Assembly (NCBI GenBank): GCA_004022145.1
Contig: RCNU01000017.1
Length of the DNA stretch: 64,000 nucleotides
Direction: 5' to 3' (one strand)
DNA from: Paecilomyces variotii
Lineage: Eukaryota
How positions within the stretch are numbered: the stretch's first letter is position 1; each line of letters begins with the position of its first letter. A program made the position numbers and the translations under genes. Positions 1 to 11,558 of this stretch are shown piece by piece. The notes beneath the pieces were generated by a model that was given only the letters and a program-made list of their open reading frames with translations, did no database searches and was not told where the DNA came from.

Positions 1-678
1 GGATAAGAAGATAAAATTACTAGCTAATATCTTTATTGCCCTGCAAAAACTGCTTATAGCCTAGTTTAAAATATTCTAATTAATTACCTAATCTATAGAA
101 AATGAAAAATTTCCTGCCTATAGAATAACATTACCCCTAGATATAACTAAGTTAACTATAAGATAAGCTAATATTAAACTTCCTTTTAATACTAGGTAAA
201 ATGAAATAATAAAGTTAATTAAGAATAAGATAACTTAGGGAAGCTAATTTCTATAGTTTAATTAGCTTACCTAGAAAGCTGCAAGCTAAAAGATAATTAA
301 TATAATTTAAAAAGGGATTATAGGCAAGTATTAGGAGGGAGGGTTTAGATTATTAGAGGATATAAACATATAATACTATAAAGATACTAGTATTATCCTT
401 ATTAAGATATATATAATAGATTCTCTATAAGATAATAGGATTAGTTAATTAAAGTCTAATAATCTTAAGGTCTTAAAGCTTAGGATAGAGATAATAGAGA
501 TACCCTAATTAATTAAGATATATTACTATTTATAACTAGGCGAAGCTGTAGAGATATAGGAGGTAAGAAGATTAATTCCTCTAAACTAGGGATGCTGGTG
601 CTAAATAGCTGCTAGAGCAATCTAATACTGCCGCTCCTAAGTAGGCGGTATACTTACGGCAGTACTATATCTATAATA
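1..678. mobile_element. Terminus of a third RIP-degraded element (probably LTR type) nested in the RT region of the minus-strand Gypsy copy; runs off the window start
   Basis: Homology between the two Gypsy copies stops abruptly at 678/679. The sequence ends in TATAATA (672-678), the RIP product expected of a TGT(A/G)ACA LTR end. It is TpA-rich and shows no visible similarity to the 234-bp LTR. Confidence 0.55.
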
Positions 679-3412
679 ATTCCTTTTAAGTTATTTAGAG
701 TCTCCTTAATTAAAGGCAGAGAATATTAGTTTTTAATAGTTATTATATTTAGGGCTTAATAATCTATATAGATCTATATCTCTCTACTAGGCTTCTTAAT
801 AAATAGAATTAGAGATATAATAGGTAATAAGCTTAAATAGATAAATCTCTTTTTTAAGTTTTTTTTAATCTATTCTTTTAGGACCTTTAATTTATCTTAA
901 GATATAATATATAAAGATTTAAAAAGGAGTAACTTCTCCTTTAATAACTTAATATTATAATTATAAGAATAATATAATAATAAGTATTTAGCCTTCTTAA
1001 AAAAAAGATATTAATATAATCTTTAAACTCCTTAGGCAATAAATAAGTAAAGTCTTTTTCTTAAACTTATTTAATTTTTAAAATAATATCTAGGTCCTTT
1101 AAAGTAATTATAAATATTTAAATATTTTTTTAAATATAAATAGAATAGGCGGCTAAAGAAATAAAGGCTATATTTCTCTCTTCTAATCTTTTAAGTTTTA
1201 GGAGTAAGTATTAAAATAAAGCTTTTAAGAGAATATTATATAAGGCAAATATTTTAATTAGCTTTAAGAATATATTATAATTCTTTTAATAATAATTATT
1301 ATTAAAGGCAATATTATAAATAATAAATTATAAATATAGGTTATAGTGCTTTAATTAGAAGAATCCTAAAATAATAAAATAATGCGCTAATTAAATAATA
1401 TAGAACTTAATATCTTTTTTAAAATAATTTTTAATTCTTATATCTATTTAGATATAATATATAATCTTCCTATTCTCTAATTCTCTTCTATTAAATATAT
1501 ATAGAGTAATTAAGCTTTTTAAAAGAATAAACTCTAATTTTTAATTTTTAACCTATTCTTAGTTTATAAATTTTTATTTTTTAGCTCTAATATTAAGTAG
1601 GGTATAAATTAATAAATAAATCTTTTTTTTTTCTTTTCTAATATTATAAACAGTATTATTAATTTTAATTATTATAAATATTTCTTAAGGTTAATTTTAT
1701 AAATAATAATAATAAAGATTTAAATAATATATAATTCTTAAGCCTAGCTATAATTTACTCTAGACTTATTTTTTTTTATTAAAGATTAACTAAGGGATAG
1801 ACTATATAAGTCTAAGAACTAAATTATTTAGGGAGTCTAAAGATAGGGTTTATATATAGCTATAGTCTAAATCTTTTAATAATTATTTAAATATAAATAA
1901 TTTCTAATATAATACTCTAGGAAGCTATATTAAAAATAAGTACTAGTTTTATAATATAATAGGCTATACTTTCTCCTACTCAGGCATCTAAAAATACTTA
2001 AGTTTATTAGGTTATATAGCTATACTAGGGCTAGTTTACTTTTTTATGCAAGGCTTTTCTAAGGCTAGCTATTATATCTTATAGCTAGGGCAAGATTTAG
2101 AATAAATAAAGAGAATTAAATATATTAAGCAAGTTTTAAAATAATAATATAAGTCTTTATAATAAAGGGCTAGTTTATAATATATTAATAATAATAATTC
2201 TTAAGATTTTATAAGAATTTAGTAAATTAATAATATTTATAATTTAAGGGCTAGCTATATAATAATATTTTTTAAAATTTTTAGTTAATAGCTTATTCTA
2301 GCAGAATAGATAATATTTTTTTAAATATTTCTCCTTTTAATACTAGGCGCTAAAACTTAATAAAAAAAATTCTAAATTTCTTATTAATTTAATAGAGATT
2401 AAATAATTTATTATATATATTATTTATATAATTAGGATTATTAAATATATATTCTAAGATATTTAAAATCTCTTAATAATTATTAAGAATATAGGTCCTA
2501 TCTCTAATATATAATAATACTTAGATATAGGGTATATTTTTTAAGTAATTAGTTATATAAGCTATATAGCTCTAAGGAGTTAAAAATTAGTCTTAATTAA
2601 TTATTATCTTCTTCTAGATCTAGGCTATAAAGCACTAAAGATTCTTTTAATTACTTTTAAATTTATTAAGATTAAAAAGTCTCTTTAAAAGTCTAGAGGC
2701 GGAGAAAGGTATAATAATAAATATTCTAAATATTCTTATTAAAGCAGCTATAAGCCTCTTAATATTAGGCTTAAATTTAAATATAAATAAAGGTATATTT
2801 ATAGTAAATATAATTATATAATAAGCCTAATCCCTTTTAAAAATAGTTTAGATATATTATTATTCTTTTTCTTAGAGCTAAGTCTTCTAGTATTATTAAA
2901 TAGCCTTAAGTTTAGTAATTTCTTATTTAAATCTCTATTAAATAGCAGCAAATTCTTATTAAAGCTCTTAGAAATATGCCTTAGCTTAATAATTTATTTT
3001 ATTTGCAGTAGTCTTAGCTTTACTAATATATTTATATGCTAGGTAATAGTAATTATATTATTCTAGCCTATAGCTAGCAGTAATATGCTTAATAAACTTT
3101 TTTAAAGTTATTAGCAGGAATAGAAGAATTAGGGCAAATATTATTAATAATATTAACTCCTAAATAGGAGCTATATAATATTAAGGTATAAACTTAGAAA
3201 GCAGGTTAGAATAAATAAAATAAAGTAGTTAATACTAGGACTAGCTATAGAATCTCTATTTAGCTAATTTAAATTAAAATAGGCTATTATAGGTAGGCTT
3301 AGTAAATAAGATATAGCTTAAGAAGCTTAAATTTAGATTAAGCTATACGCTAAAGATATTTTCACAAGATTATATAACTCCTTATATAATCCCCTATACT
3401 AGCACTATAATA
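679..3412 (-). mobile_element. RIP-inactivated Ty3/Gypsy retrotransposon copy A (5' LTR, gag, protease, start of RT), interrupted at 679
   Basis: Its reverse complement aligns with 4273-~7017, and the differences seen are almost all C/T and G/A transitions. LTR at 3179-3412. Confidence 0.9.
3179..3412 (-). repeat. 5' LTR of copy A (234 bp)
   Basis: Reverse complement of 4273-4506 and 9960-10193. Termini TATTATAG...CCTTAATA are consistent with RIPed TG...CA ends. Confidence 0.9.
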
Positions 3413-4272
3413 ATTTAATTATATTAAGTTATAATTAATAATAATTTTAAGATTAAATATATTCTCTCTCTTTTCTATATATATATATTATAAAAATATA
3501 AAATATAACTATAATTTTAAAATTAAAAAAATTAATATATTATAATTTATATTAATATAATTTAAACTTTAAGTATTATAATATAAAATAATAAAATATA
3601 ATATTACTAGTAAATATTAAAATAATTATAAATAAATATAAATTATATTAATAAAATTAAAATATATTAATATTTATTAAAATTATAAAAGAGTATATAT
3701 TATTTAATTTAATTTATTCTCTATTAATATAGTTTAAAACTTACTAATATAATATAAAATAATAAAACTTAATATTTTTTATAAATATTAAAGTAACTAT
3801 AAATAATTATTAATTATACTAATAAATTTTAAAATATATTAATATATATTAAAATATATTAATATTTATAAAAATTATAAAAGAATATATATTATCTGTT
3901 TTATTTTATTTTATATTAATATATTTTAAAATTTATTAGTATAATTAATATAATTAAACTTATTAATAATTATATTAATATTTATAAATACTATTAAGTT
4001 TTATTATTTTATAGTATATAATTTATATTAATAAATTTTAAAATATATTAATATTTACTAAAATTATAAAAGAATATATATTATTATTTTATTTTATTTT
4101 ATATTAATATATTTTAAAATTTATTAGTATAATTAATAATTATTATAGCTACTTTAATATTTATAAAGAAATATTAAGTTTTATTATTTTATATTATATT
4201 AGTAAGTTTTAAACTATATTAATAGAGAATAAATTAAATTAAATAATATATACTCTTTTATAATTTTAATAA
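3413..4272. repeat. Near-pure A/T foldback/satellite-like repeat (left arm 3413-~3846, spacer, inner part of right arm 4100-4272)
   Basis: 3413-~3846 is the reverse complement of 4100-4272 joined to 10199-10458. A ~100-bp direct repeat lies at ~3851-3950 and ~4040-4138, with a related unit at ~3660. Confidence 0.85.
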
Positions 4273-4506
4273 TATTATAGTGCTAGTATAGGGGATTATA
4301 TAAGGAGTTATATAATCTTATAAAGATATCTTTAGCATATAGCTTAATTTAAATTTAAGCTCTTTAAGCTATATCTTATTTATTAAGCCTATTTATAATA
4401 ACCTGTTTTAGTCTAAATTAGCTAAATAGAGATTCTATAGCTAGTCCTAGTATTAATTATCTTATTCTATTTATTCTAACCTGCTCCCTAAGCCTATATC
4501 TTAATA
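4273..4506 (+). repeat. 5' LTR of copy B (234 bp)
   Basis: Direct repeat of 9960-10193; begins right after the TSD AATAA. Confidence 0.92.
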
Positions 4507-7500
4507 CTATATAGCTCCTTATTTAGGAGTTAATATTATTAATAATATCTATCCTAATTCTTCTATTCCTGCTAATTATTTTAAAGGAGTTTATTAAGTA
4601 TATTACTGCTAGCTATAGGCTAAAATAGTATAATTATTATTGCCTAGCATATAAATATATTATTAGAGCTAAGTTATCTATAAATAAAGCTAGCTAATAT
4701 ATTAAATAAATTAAGGCAAGGTTTTAAAAACTTTAGCAAGAGTTTACAGCTATATAATAAAGGCTTAAATAAGAAAATGCTAACCTTAAGGCTGTCTAGT
4801 AATATTAAGAGATATAATTTAATAAAAAGGAATAATAATATATTTAGGCTATTTTTAAAAAGGATTAAACTTATTATATAATTACCCCTACTATAAATAT
4901 ACTTATATTTATATTTAAACCTAAGCCTAGTATTAAAAGACTTATAGCTACTCTAATAGAAGTATTTAAAATATTTATTATTATATTTTTCTTTATTTCT
5001 AGACTTTTAAAAAGACTCTTTAATCTAAATAAATTTAAAGGCAATTAAAAAGATCTTTAGTATTTTATAGCCTAAATTTAAGGGAAGATAATAATTAATT
5101 AAAACTAATTTTTAACTCCTTAGAGCTATATAGCCTATATAATTAACTGCTTAAAAAATATATCTTATACCTAAATATTATTATATATTAGAGATAGGAC
5201 TTATATTCTTAATAATTATTAAGAGATTCTAAATATCTTAAAATATATATTTAATAATTTTAATTATATAAATAATATATATAATAAATTATTTAATCTC
5301 TACTAAATTAATAAAAAATTTAGAATCTTTTTTATTAAATTTTAGTATCTAGCGCTAAAAAAAAAATATTTAAAAAAATATTATTTATTTTACTTAAGCA
5401 AGCTATTAATTAAGAACTCTAAGAAATATTATTATATAATTAGCCCCTAAGTTATAAGTATTATTAATTTATTAAATTTTTATAAGACTTTAAGAACTAT
5501 TACTGCTAATATATTATAAACTAGCCCTTTATTATAAAAACTTATACTACTATTTTAAAACCTATTTAGTATATTTAATCTCCTTTATTTATTTTAAGTC
5601 TTATCCTAACTATAAAATATAATAATTAGCCTTAGAGAAGCCTTATATAAAAGAGTAAACTAGCCCTAATATAGCTATATAATTTAATAGACCTAAGTAT
5701 TTCTAAATGCTTAAGTAAGAGAGAGTATAATTTATTATATTATAAAACTAGCGCCTACTTCTATTATAGCTTCTTAAAATATTATATTAAAGACTATCTA
5801 TATCTAGATAATTATTAGAAGATCTAGATTATAGTTATATATAAATCTTATCCTTAAATTTTTTAAGTAATTTAATTCTTAGACTTATATAATTTATCCC
5901 CTAGCTAATCTTTAATAAAAGGAGTAAACTTAGAGTAAATTATAGCTAGGCTTAAGAATTATATATTATTTAAATCTCTACTACTATTATTTATAAAATT
6001 AATCTTAAGGAATATTTATAATAATTAAAATTAATAATACTATCTATAATATTAGAAAAGAAGAAGAAAAAGATTTATTTATTAATTTATACCCTGCTTA
6101 ATATTAGAGCTAAAAAATAAAGATTTATAAACTAAAAATAGGCTAAAAACTAAGAATTAGAGTTTATCCCTTTAAAGAGCCTAATTATTCTATATATATT
6201 TAATAGAAGAGAACTAGAAGATAAGAAGATTATATATTATATTTAGATAGACATAAGAATTAAAGATTATTTTAAAAAAAATGCTAAGTTCTATATTATC
6301 TAATTAATATATTACTCTATTATTTTAAGACTCTCTTAATTAAAGCATTATAATTTATACTTATAATTTATTATCTATAATATTATCTTTAATAATAATT
6401 ATTATTAAAAAAATTATAATATATTTTTAAAGCTAATTAAAATATTTATCCTATATAATATTCCCCTAAAGATTTTACTCTAATACTTACTTCTAAGACC
6501 TAAAAAATTAAAAAAAAGAAATATAGCCTTTATTTCTCTAGCTGCTTATTTTATTTATACTTAAAAAAATATTTAAATATTTATAATTATTCTAAAGGAC
6601 CTAGATATTGCTTTAAAAATTAAATAAGTTTAAAAAAAAGACCTTGCCTATTTATTATCTAAAAAGTTTAAAGATTATATTAATATCTTTTTTTTTTAAA
6701 AAGGCTAAATACCTATTATTATATTATTTTTATAACTATAATATTAAGTTATTAAAGGGGAAATTGCTCCCCTTTAAACCCCTATATATTATATTCTAAG
6801 ATAAATTAAAGATCTTAAAAAAATAAATTAAAAAAAACCTAAAAAAAAGATTTATTTGCTTAAGCTTATTGCCTGCTATATCTTTAATTCTATTTATTAA
6901 GAAGCTTAATAGAGAGATATAGACTTATATAAATTATTAAACCCTAAATATAATAATTATTAAAGACTAATATTCTCTATTTTTAATTAAGAAGACCTTA
7001 AATAATCTAAAAGAAATAAAGTACTTTATAAAGATTAATATTATTTCTATGTTTAATAATCTTTATATTAAGAAAAAATAAGAATATTTAACTGCCTTCT
7101 ATATTTAACTTAGCTTATTTAAATTATTAGTAATACTATTTAATTTAATAAAAATACTAATAATATTCTAATAGTTTATTAATAATACTCTATAAGATTA
7201 TTTTAATATCTTTTATATTATATACCTTAATAATATCTTAATATATAGTATAACCTGTTTTAAATATATTTAATATATTTATACTATCTTATAAAAGCTA
7301 TATAAAATAGGCCTATATATAAAGATCTAGAAATATAAGTTTATTATCTCTAAGACTAAGTTTTTAGATATTATTATTAGCTAAGACTATATTAAAATAG
7401 ACTTAGATAAGGTAAAAATAATTATTAAATAGAGGACCCTAATTTATATAATTAATATATAAGCCTTTATTAGGTTTAGTAATTTTTATTATTAATTTAT

Positions 7501-9959
7501 TTATAATTTTTCTAAGATAATTATATTGCTTATAAACTTAACCTAAAAAAGAGTTCTCTTTAATTAAATAACTGTCTATTAGTCTAGTTTTAAAGCCTTA
7601 AAAGAAATATTTATTTAAACCCTAATTTTAAAGCTATTTAACTAGACCTGTAAGATTATAATTAAAACTAATTTATCTAATTATATATTAGCTAGAGTTA
7701 TATCTTAATATAATAATAAAGAAATCCTATATTCTGTTATATTTTTCTTAAAGAAGCTCTCTATTATAAAATATAATTATAAGATTTATAATAAAGAGCT
7801 GCTAGTAATTATCTATTACTTTAAGAAATAATACCTTAAGCTTAAAAGCATATTATTACTAATTAAAGTTATTATAGATTACTATAATTTAAAATACTTT
7901 ATATTAACTAAGCTATTAAACTAATAATAGGCCTATTAGTTTAAATTCCTATCTTAATTTAACTTTTAAATTATATACTAACTTAAAAAATAAGAAATAA
8001 AGCCTAATATCCTAATTAGGAGGTTAAAGAATCTCCTTAAAGAGAGGGATAAATAGCTATAATATTAGAGCTAGATAGTTTTAAAAAAGAAGAACCTTAA
8101 CCTATAGATTTAGAAATCTCTAAAACTAGAAGCTATTACTAAAAATTAAATAGTAAAGTATATTTACTTTATTAATCTAATAGCTTAAGAAATTAAAAAA
8201 TAAAAATCTTATTAAACCTATAAGAATACCTGCTTAACTTACTCTAAGAAATTAACCTATTTAGCTTAGAGAATCTGTTTAGTCTACCCTATTACCTAAT
8301 TAGTTTATTAAGATTATTTAATCTATTAAAAAGATAATTTAATCTATTAAAGAGACTATTTAGCTTATTAAAAAAATAGCCTAGCCTATTAAATAAAATT
8401 AGTTAAATTCCCTTACTATATCTAATAAACTAAAATATTTATCTAATATTAAAGATTTATTAGATATAGCTTATTTATTTAATAACTTAATATAGTCTAT
8501 TCTATAGGCCTTAGATTATAAAACTAATTATTACCCTAAGATTATATTAGTTAACTATTAATAAAGAAAAAGATATCTATATTATAAAGATTATTTATAT
8601 ATTCTTAATTATAATAAGCTAAAAGCCTGCCTATTATAAGAATACTATAATAAATATATATTTAGATATCTTAAAAAATATAAGCTTTATAACCTAATTT
8701 TATAAGAATATTATTAGCTAAATATATATTAATATATAAATTATTAAACCCGGAATTATTATATCTACTATTATATTATACCCTTAAATAAAGGCTATTA
8801 AAAAGTTTTATACTAGCTCCTTATCTCTAAATACTCTTAATAAAATATTTTAATAAATTTTATTATTAAACTTATACCTTATTAAGATTATAATATTATA
8901 TTAATTACTATAGACTAACTTATAAAAATAAAATACTTTATTCCCTATTAAACTATTTATAATACTAAAAAAATAGCGCAATTATATATCTACTATATAT
9001 AGAAGCTTTATAGGCTATTAAAGACTATAATATTTAATTAAGGCTTTTAATTTATTACTATTTTCTAGAAATACTTAATTTAATATTTAGATATTATAAA
9101 CTTATTATTTATTATTTATTATTCTAAGACTAATAATTAAACTAAAAGAATAAATATTATCTTAAAATAATACCTGCGCATTTATATTAGCTATTTATAA
9201 GATAATTAAATTAATTAGCTATCTTTAACTAAGTTTATATTAAACTCTTATTATTTTAAGACTATTAAAATATTACCTTTTTTTACTAATTATAAGTTCT
9301 ATTTATATATAGGATTTAAGCCTATTTAGCTTATAAACCAGCTTATTATTAGAGATGCTAAAGCCTTTATTAAAAAGATATAAGATATTATAAATTATAT
9401 CTATATCTAGATTTATATTATTTAAGTTTATTATAAAGAATAAATTAATTATTGCTAAACTCTAGCCTATTATTATTATATAAAATAGTTTATTTAATTA
9501 AATATTTAAAATATTTATATTTAGCGCCTTTAGAAGAAATTTAATTAGAAGAATCTTAGCTTATTTTATATTATTAAGGTTATTAGCCTATATATTTATT
9601 AGCTTAATCTGCCTATTTTAATATATATTTATTTTATATTTAATATTAGCCTATTTTACTCTATTATTAAAGATCTTATGCTTAAATAAAGATAATCTTT
9701 ATTATTGCTTATTAAAATTAATAGCTTTAAAAAATAAGTTATTAAAGATATCTTAAACTCCTAATAAGAATATTATAAATATAAAGGCCTCTAATTATAA
9801 TATATTATTAAATAGTTAAATTATAATAACCTAATTAAAAAGCCTATATATTATCTATAGTATGCTTAGGAGATTATTATAAATTTTTATTACTACTACC
9901 TAAATAAGCTAAAATCTAAAGATAGTCTTAATAAAGCTTAATCTTAAAGAAAGAAGTAT

Positions 9960-10193
9960 TATTATAATATTAGTATAGGAGATTATATAAAAAGTTATAT
10001 AATCTTATAAAGATATTTTTAGTATATAGCTTAATCTAAATTTAAGCTTTTTAAGTTATATCTTATTTACTAAGCTTACCTATAATAGCCCGTTCTAGTC
10101 TAAATTAGCTAAATAGAGATCTTATAGCTAGTCCTAGTATTAACTACCTTATTCTATTTATTCTAACCTACTCCCTGAGCCCGCACCTTAATA
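9960..10193 (+). repeat. 3' LTR of copy B (234 bp)
   Basis: Direct repeat of 4273-4506; followed by the TSD AATAA. Confidence 0.92.
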
Positions 10194-10198
10194 AATAA

Positions 10199-10458
10199 AT
10201 ATTAATATATTTTAATTTTATTAATATAATTTATATTTATTTATAATTATTTTAGTATTTACTAGTAATATTATATTTTATTATTTTATATTATAATACT
10301 TATAGTTTAAATTATATTAATATAAATTATAATATATTAATTTTTTTAATTTTAAAATTATAGTTATATTTTATATTTTTATAATATATATATAGAAAAA
10401 GAGAGAGAATATATTTAATCTTAAAATTATTATTAATTATAACTTAATATAATTAAAT
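10199..10458. repeat. Outer part of the right arm of the AT foldback repeat
   Basis: Reverse complement of 3413-~3672, including the distinctive TTCTCTCTCTTTT / AAAAGAGAGAGAA segment. Confidence 0.88.
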
Positions 10459-11466
10459 ATTATTAATAAAATATTAATATATTAAATAATTACTAATATA
10501 TACTAATATATTTAAAATATATTAATAATTTATAAAATTAATATTTATTAAAAAATATTAAATATTATTAGTAAATCTAGATTTATTTAATAGTAATAAT
10601 AGCCTGTATTTACTTAATTTTAATACAGATCTAATAGTTATTTACCTAGTCTTGCGAGGCGGTATAATTATATTTTATAACTAAATTATTTTAATTCTAT
10701 TAGTAAATCTAGTAATATCTAGTATAAAATATAGCAATTACAATCTTACCACCCTGCAAGATAAGATTTACCTGTATTTACTACCCCGCCAGATTTAAAA
10801 AGTTTAGTTTTTAATCTTTATTAGTATATAATTATATAATCCTAATATAAAATAGTAAACTACTAGTAACCTACTGGTAACAAAAACCTCGCTACCTTAC
10901 AAGATGCTACCTTGCGACCTCGCGACCTATATAACCGCGAAAAGGCACGGGAATAAGAATTATATGATATCATTTTCTGTTGCAATTTCCGTTGCAATAT
11001 CAGTGCTGCGAATATATCCTTAATTAGCTTCTCGCCCATATGGTTGCTTTAGTATTGGGTATATGCGCAGTTGCTGCGAGCTGACGACTTTATATGATAA
11101 AACGATGCAATAATTGGAAATTAACGAATAGTGATAGATTCAGGGGGAGATAGTAGCTATTGCGCTAACTGTGCGACGGCTTCTTAAAGCACTTTAAAAT
11201 AACCGGGCAAAGGGCAGGTTAATAAAATATTGGTCTGAAAAAAAAAAAAAATAGCTATCTAATATATATAACGGCAAGCTATATATAGTTGACAAAGGGA
11301 TAGCTTTATATCTCGAAAGTCGCTCGGGAAATGAGTCGAGTTATATCATAATATAATACTCCGACAATATCTCCATGGGAGATAAAGTAAATGACTGAAT
11401 ACAATTCACACATTGCAAAACATTGCACGCCGGAGACAAAAAGATTGTCATCGGTACGCGATGTAC

Positions 11467-11476
11467 AAAAAAGAAA
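11467..11476 (-). terminator. RNA polymerase III oligo-T terminator of tRNA-Gly
   Basis: TTTCTTTTTT on the minus strand, ~10 nt downstream of the tRNA 3' end. Confidence 0.75.
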
Positions 11477-11486
11477 TTTCTCTGAA

Positions 11487-11558
11487 TGCGTCGACCGGGA
11501 GTCGAACCCGGATCACAACTTTGGAAGAGTTGTATGCGAACCGCTACACCATCAACGC
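11487..11558 (-). tRNA. tRNA-Gly (TCC), intronless
   Basis: Minus strand GCGTTGATGGTGTAGCGG...CAACT-CTTCCAA-AGTTG...GGGTTCGACTCCCGGTCGACGCA folds as a cloverleaf with A and B boxes and anticodon TCC. Confidence 0.97.

Larger units (their letters stand above)
4273..10193 (+). mobile_element. Full-length RIP-inactivated Ty3/Gypsy chromovirus LTR retrotransposon (copy B)
   Basis: Two 234-bp LTRs, a 5-bp TSD AATAA (4268-4272, 10194-10198) and a purine tract just before 9960. RIP-altered pol motifs occur in Gypsy order: protease LIDLS (~5684, cf. LIDSG); RT YLNNILIYS (7223-7249, cf. YLDDILIYS); RNase H IKTNLSNY (~7661, cf. ETDASDY) and YNYKIYNKELL (~7772, cf. NYEIYDKELL); integrase LINFIIKL (~8851, cf. 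MDFITKL) and a motif at ~9120-9180 (cf. HPETDGQTER..LEQYLR); chromodomain-like segment at ~9730-9830 (cf. EW.VEDILDS..Y.VKW.GY). Confidence 0.93.

Noticed and set aside
626-678. Helitron 3' end (hairpin plus CTRR)
   Set aside because: No CTRR at the junction; the terminus fits a RIPed LTR end better.
3413-4272. CRISPR-like array or mitochondrial insertion (NUMT)
   Set aside because: No constant repeat/unique spacer pattern and no recognisable mitochondrial gene; the context is eukaryotic RIPed DNA.
679-7017. Inverted duplication as an assembly or chimeric-read artefact
   Set aside because: The arms differ by many independent transitions, and the two insertion points in the foldback repeat are different.
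1-11000. Starship giant-transposon boundary
   Set aside because: No tyrosine-recombinase captain gene or cargo-type genes are seen; the neighbouring genes are mostly core housekeeping genes.
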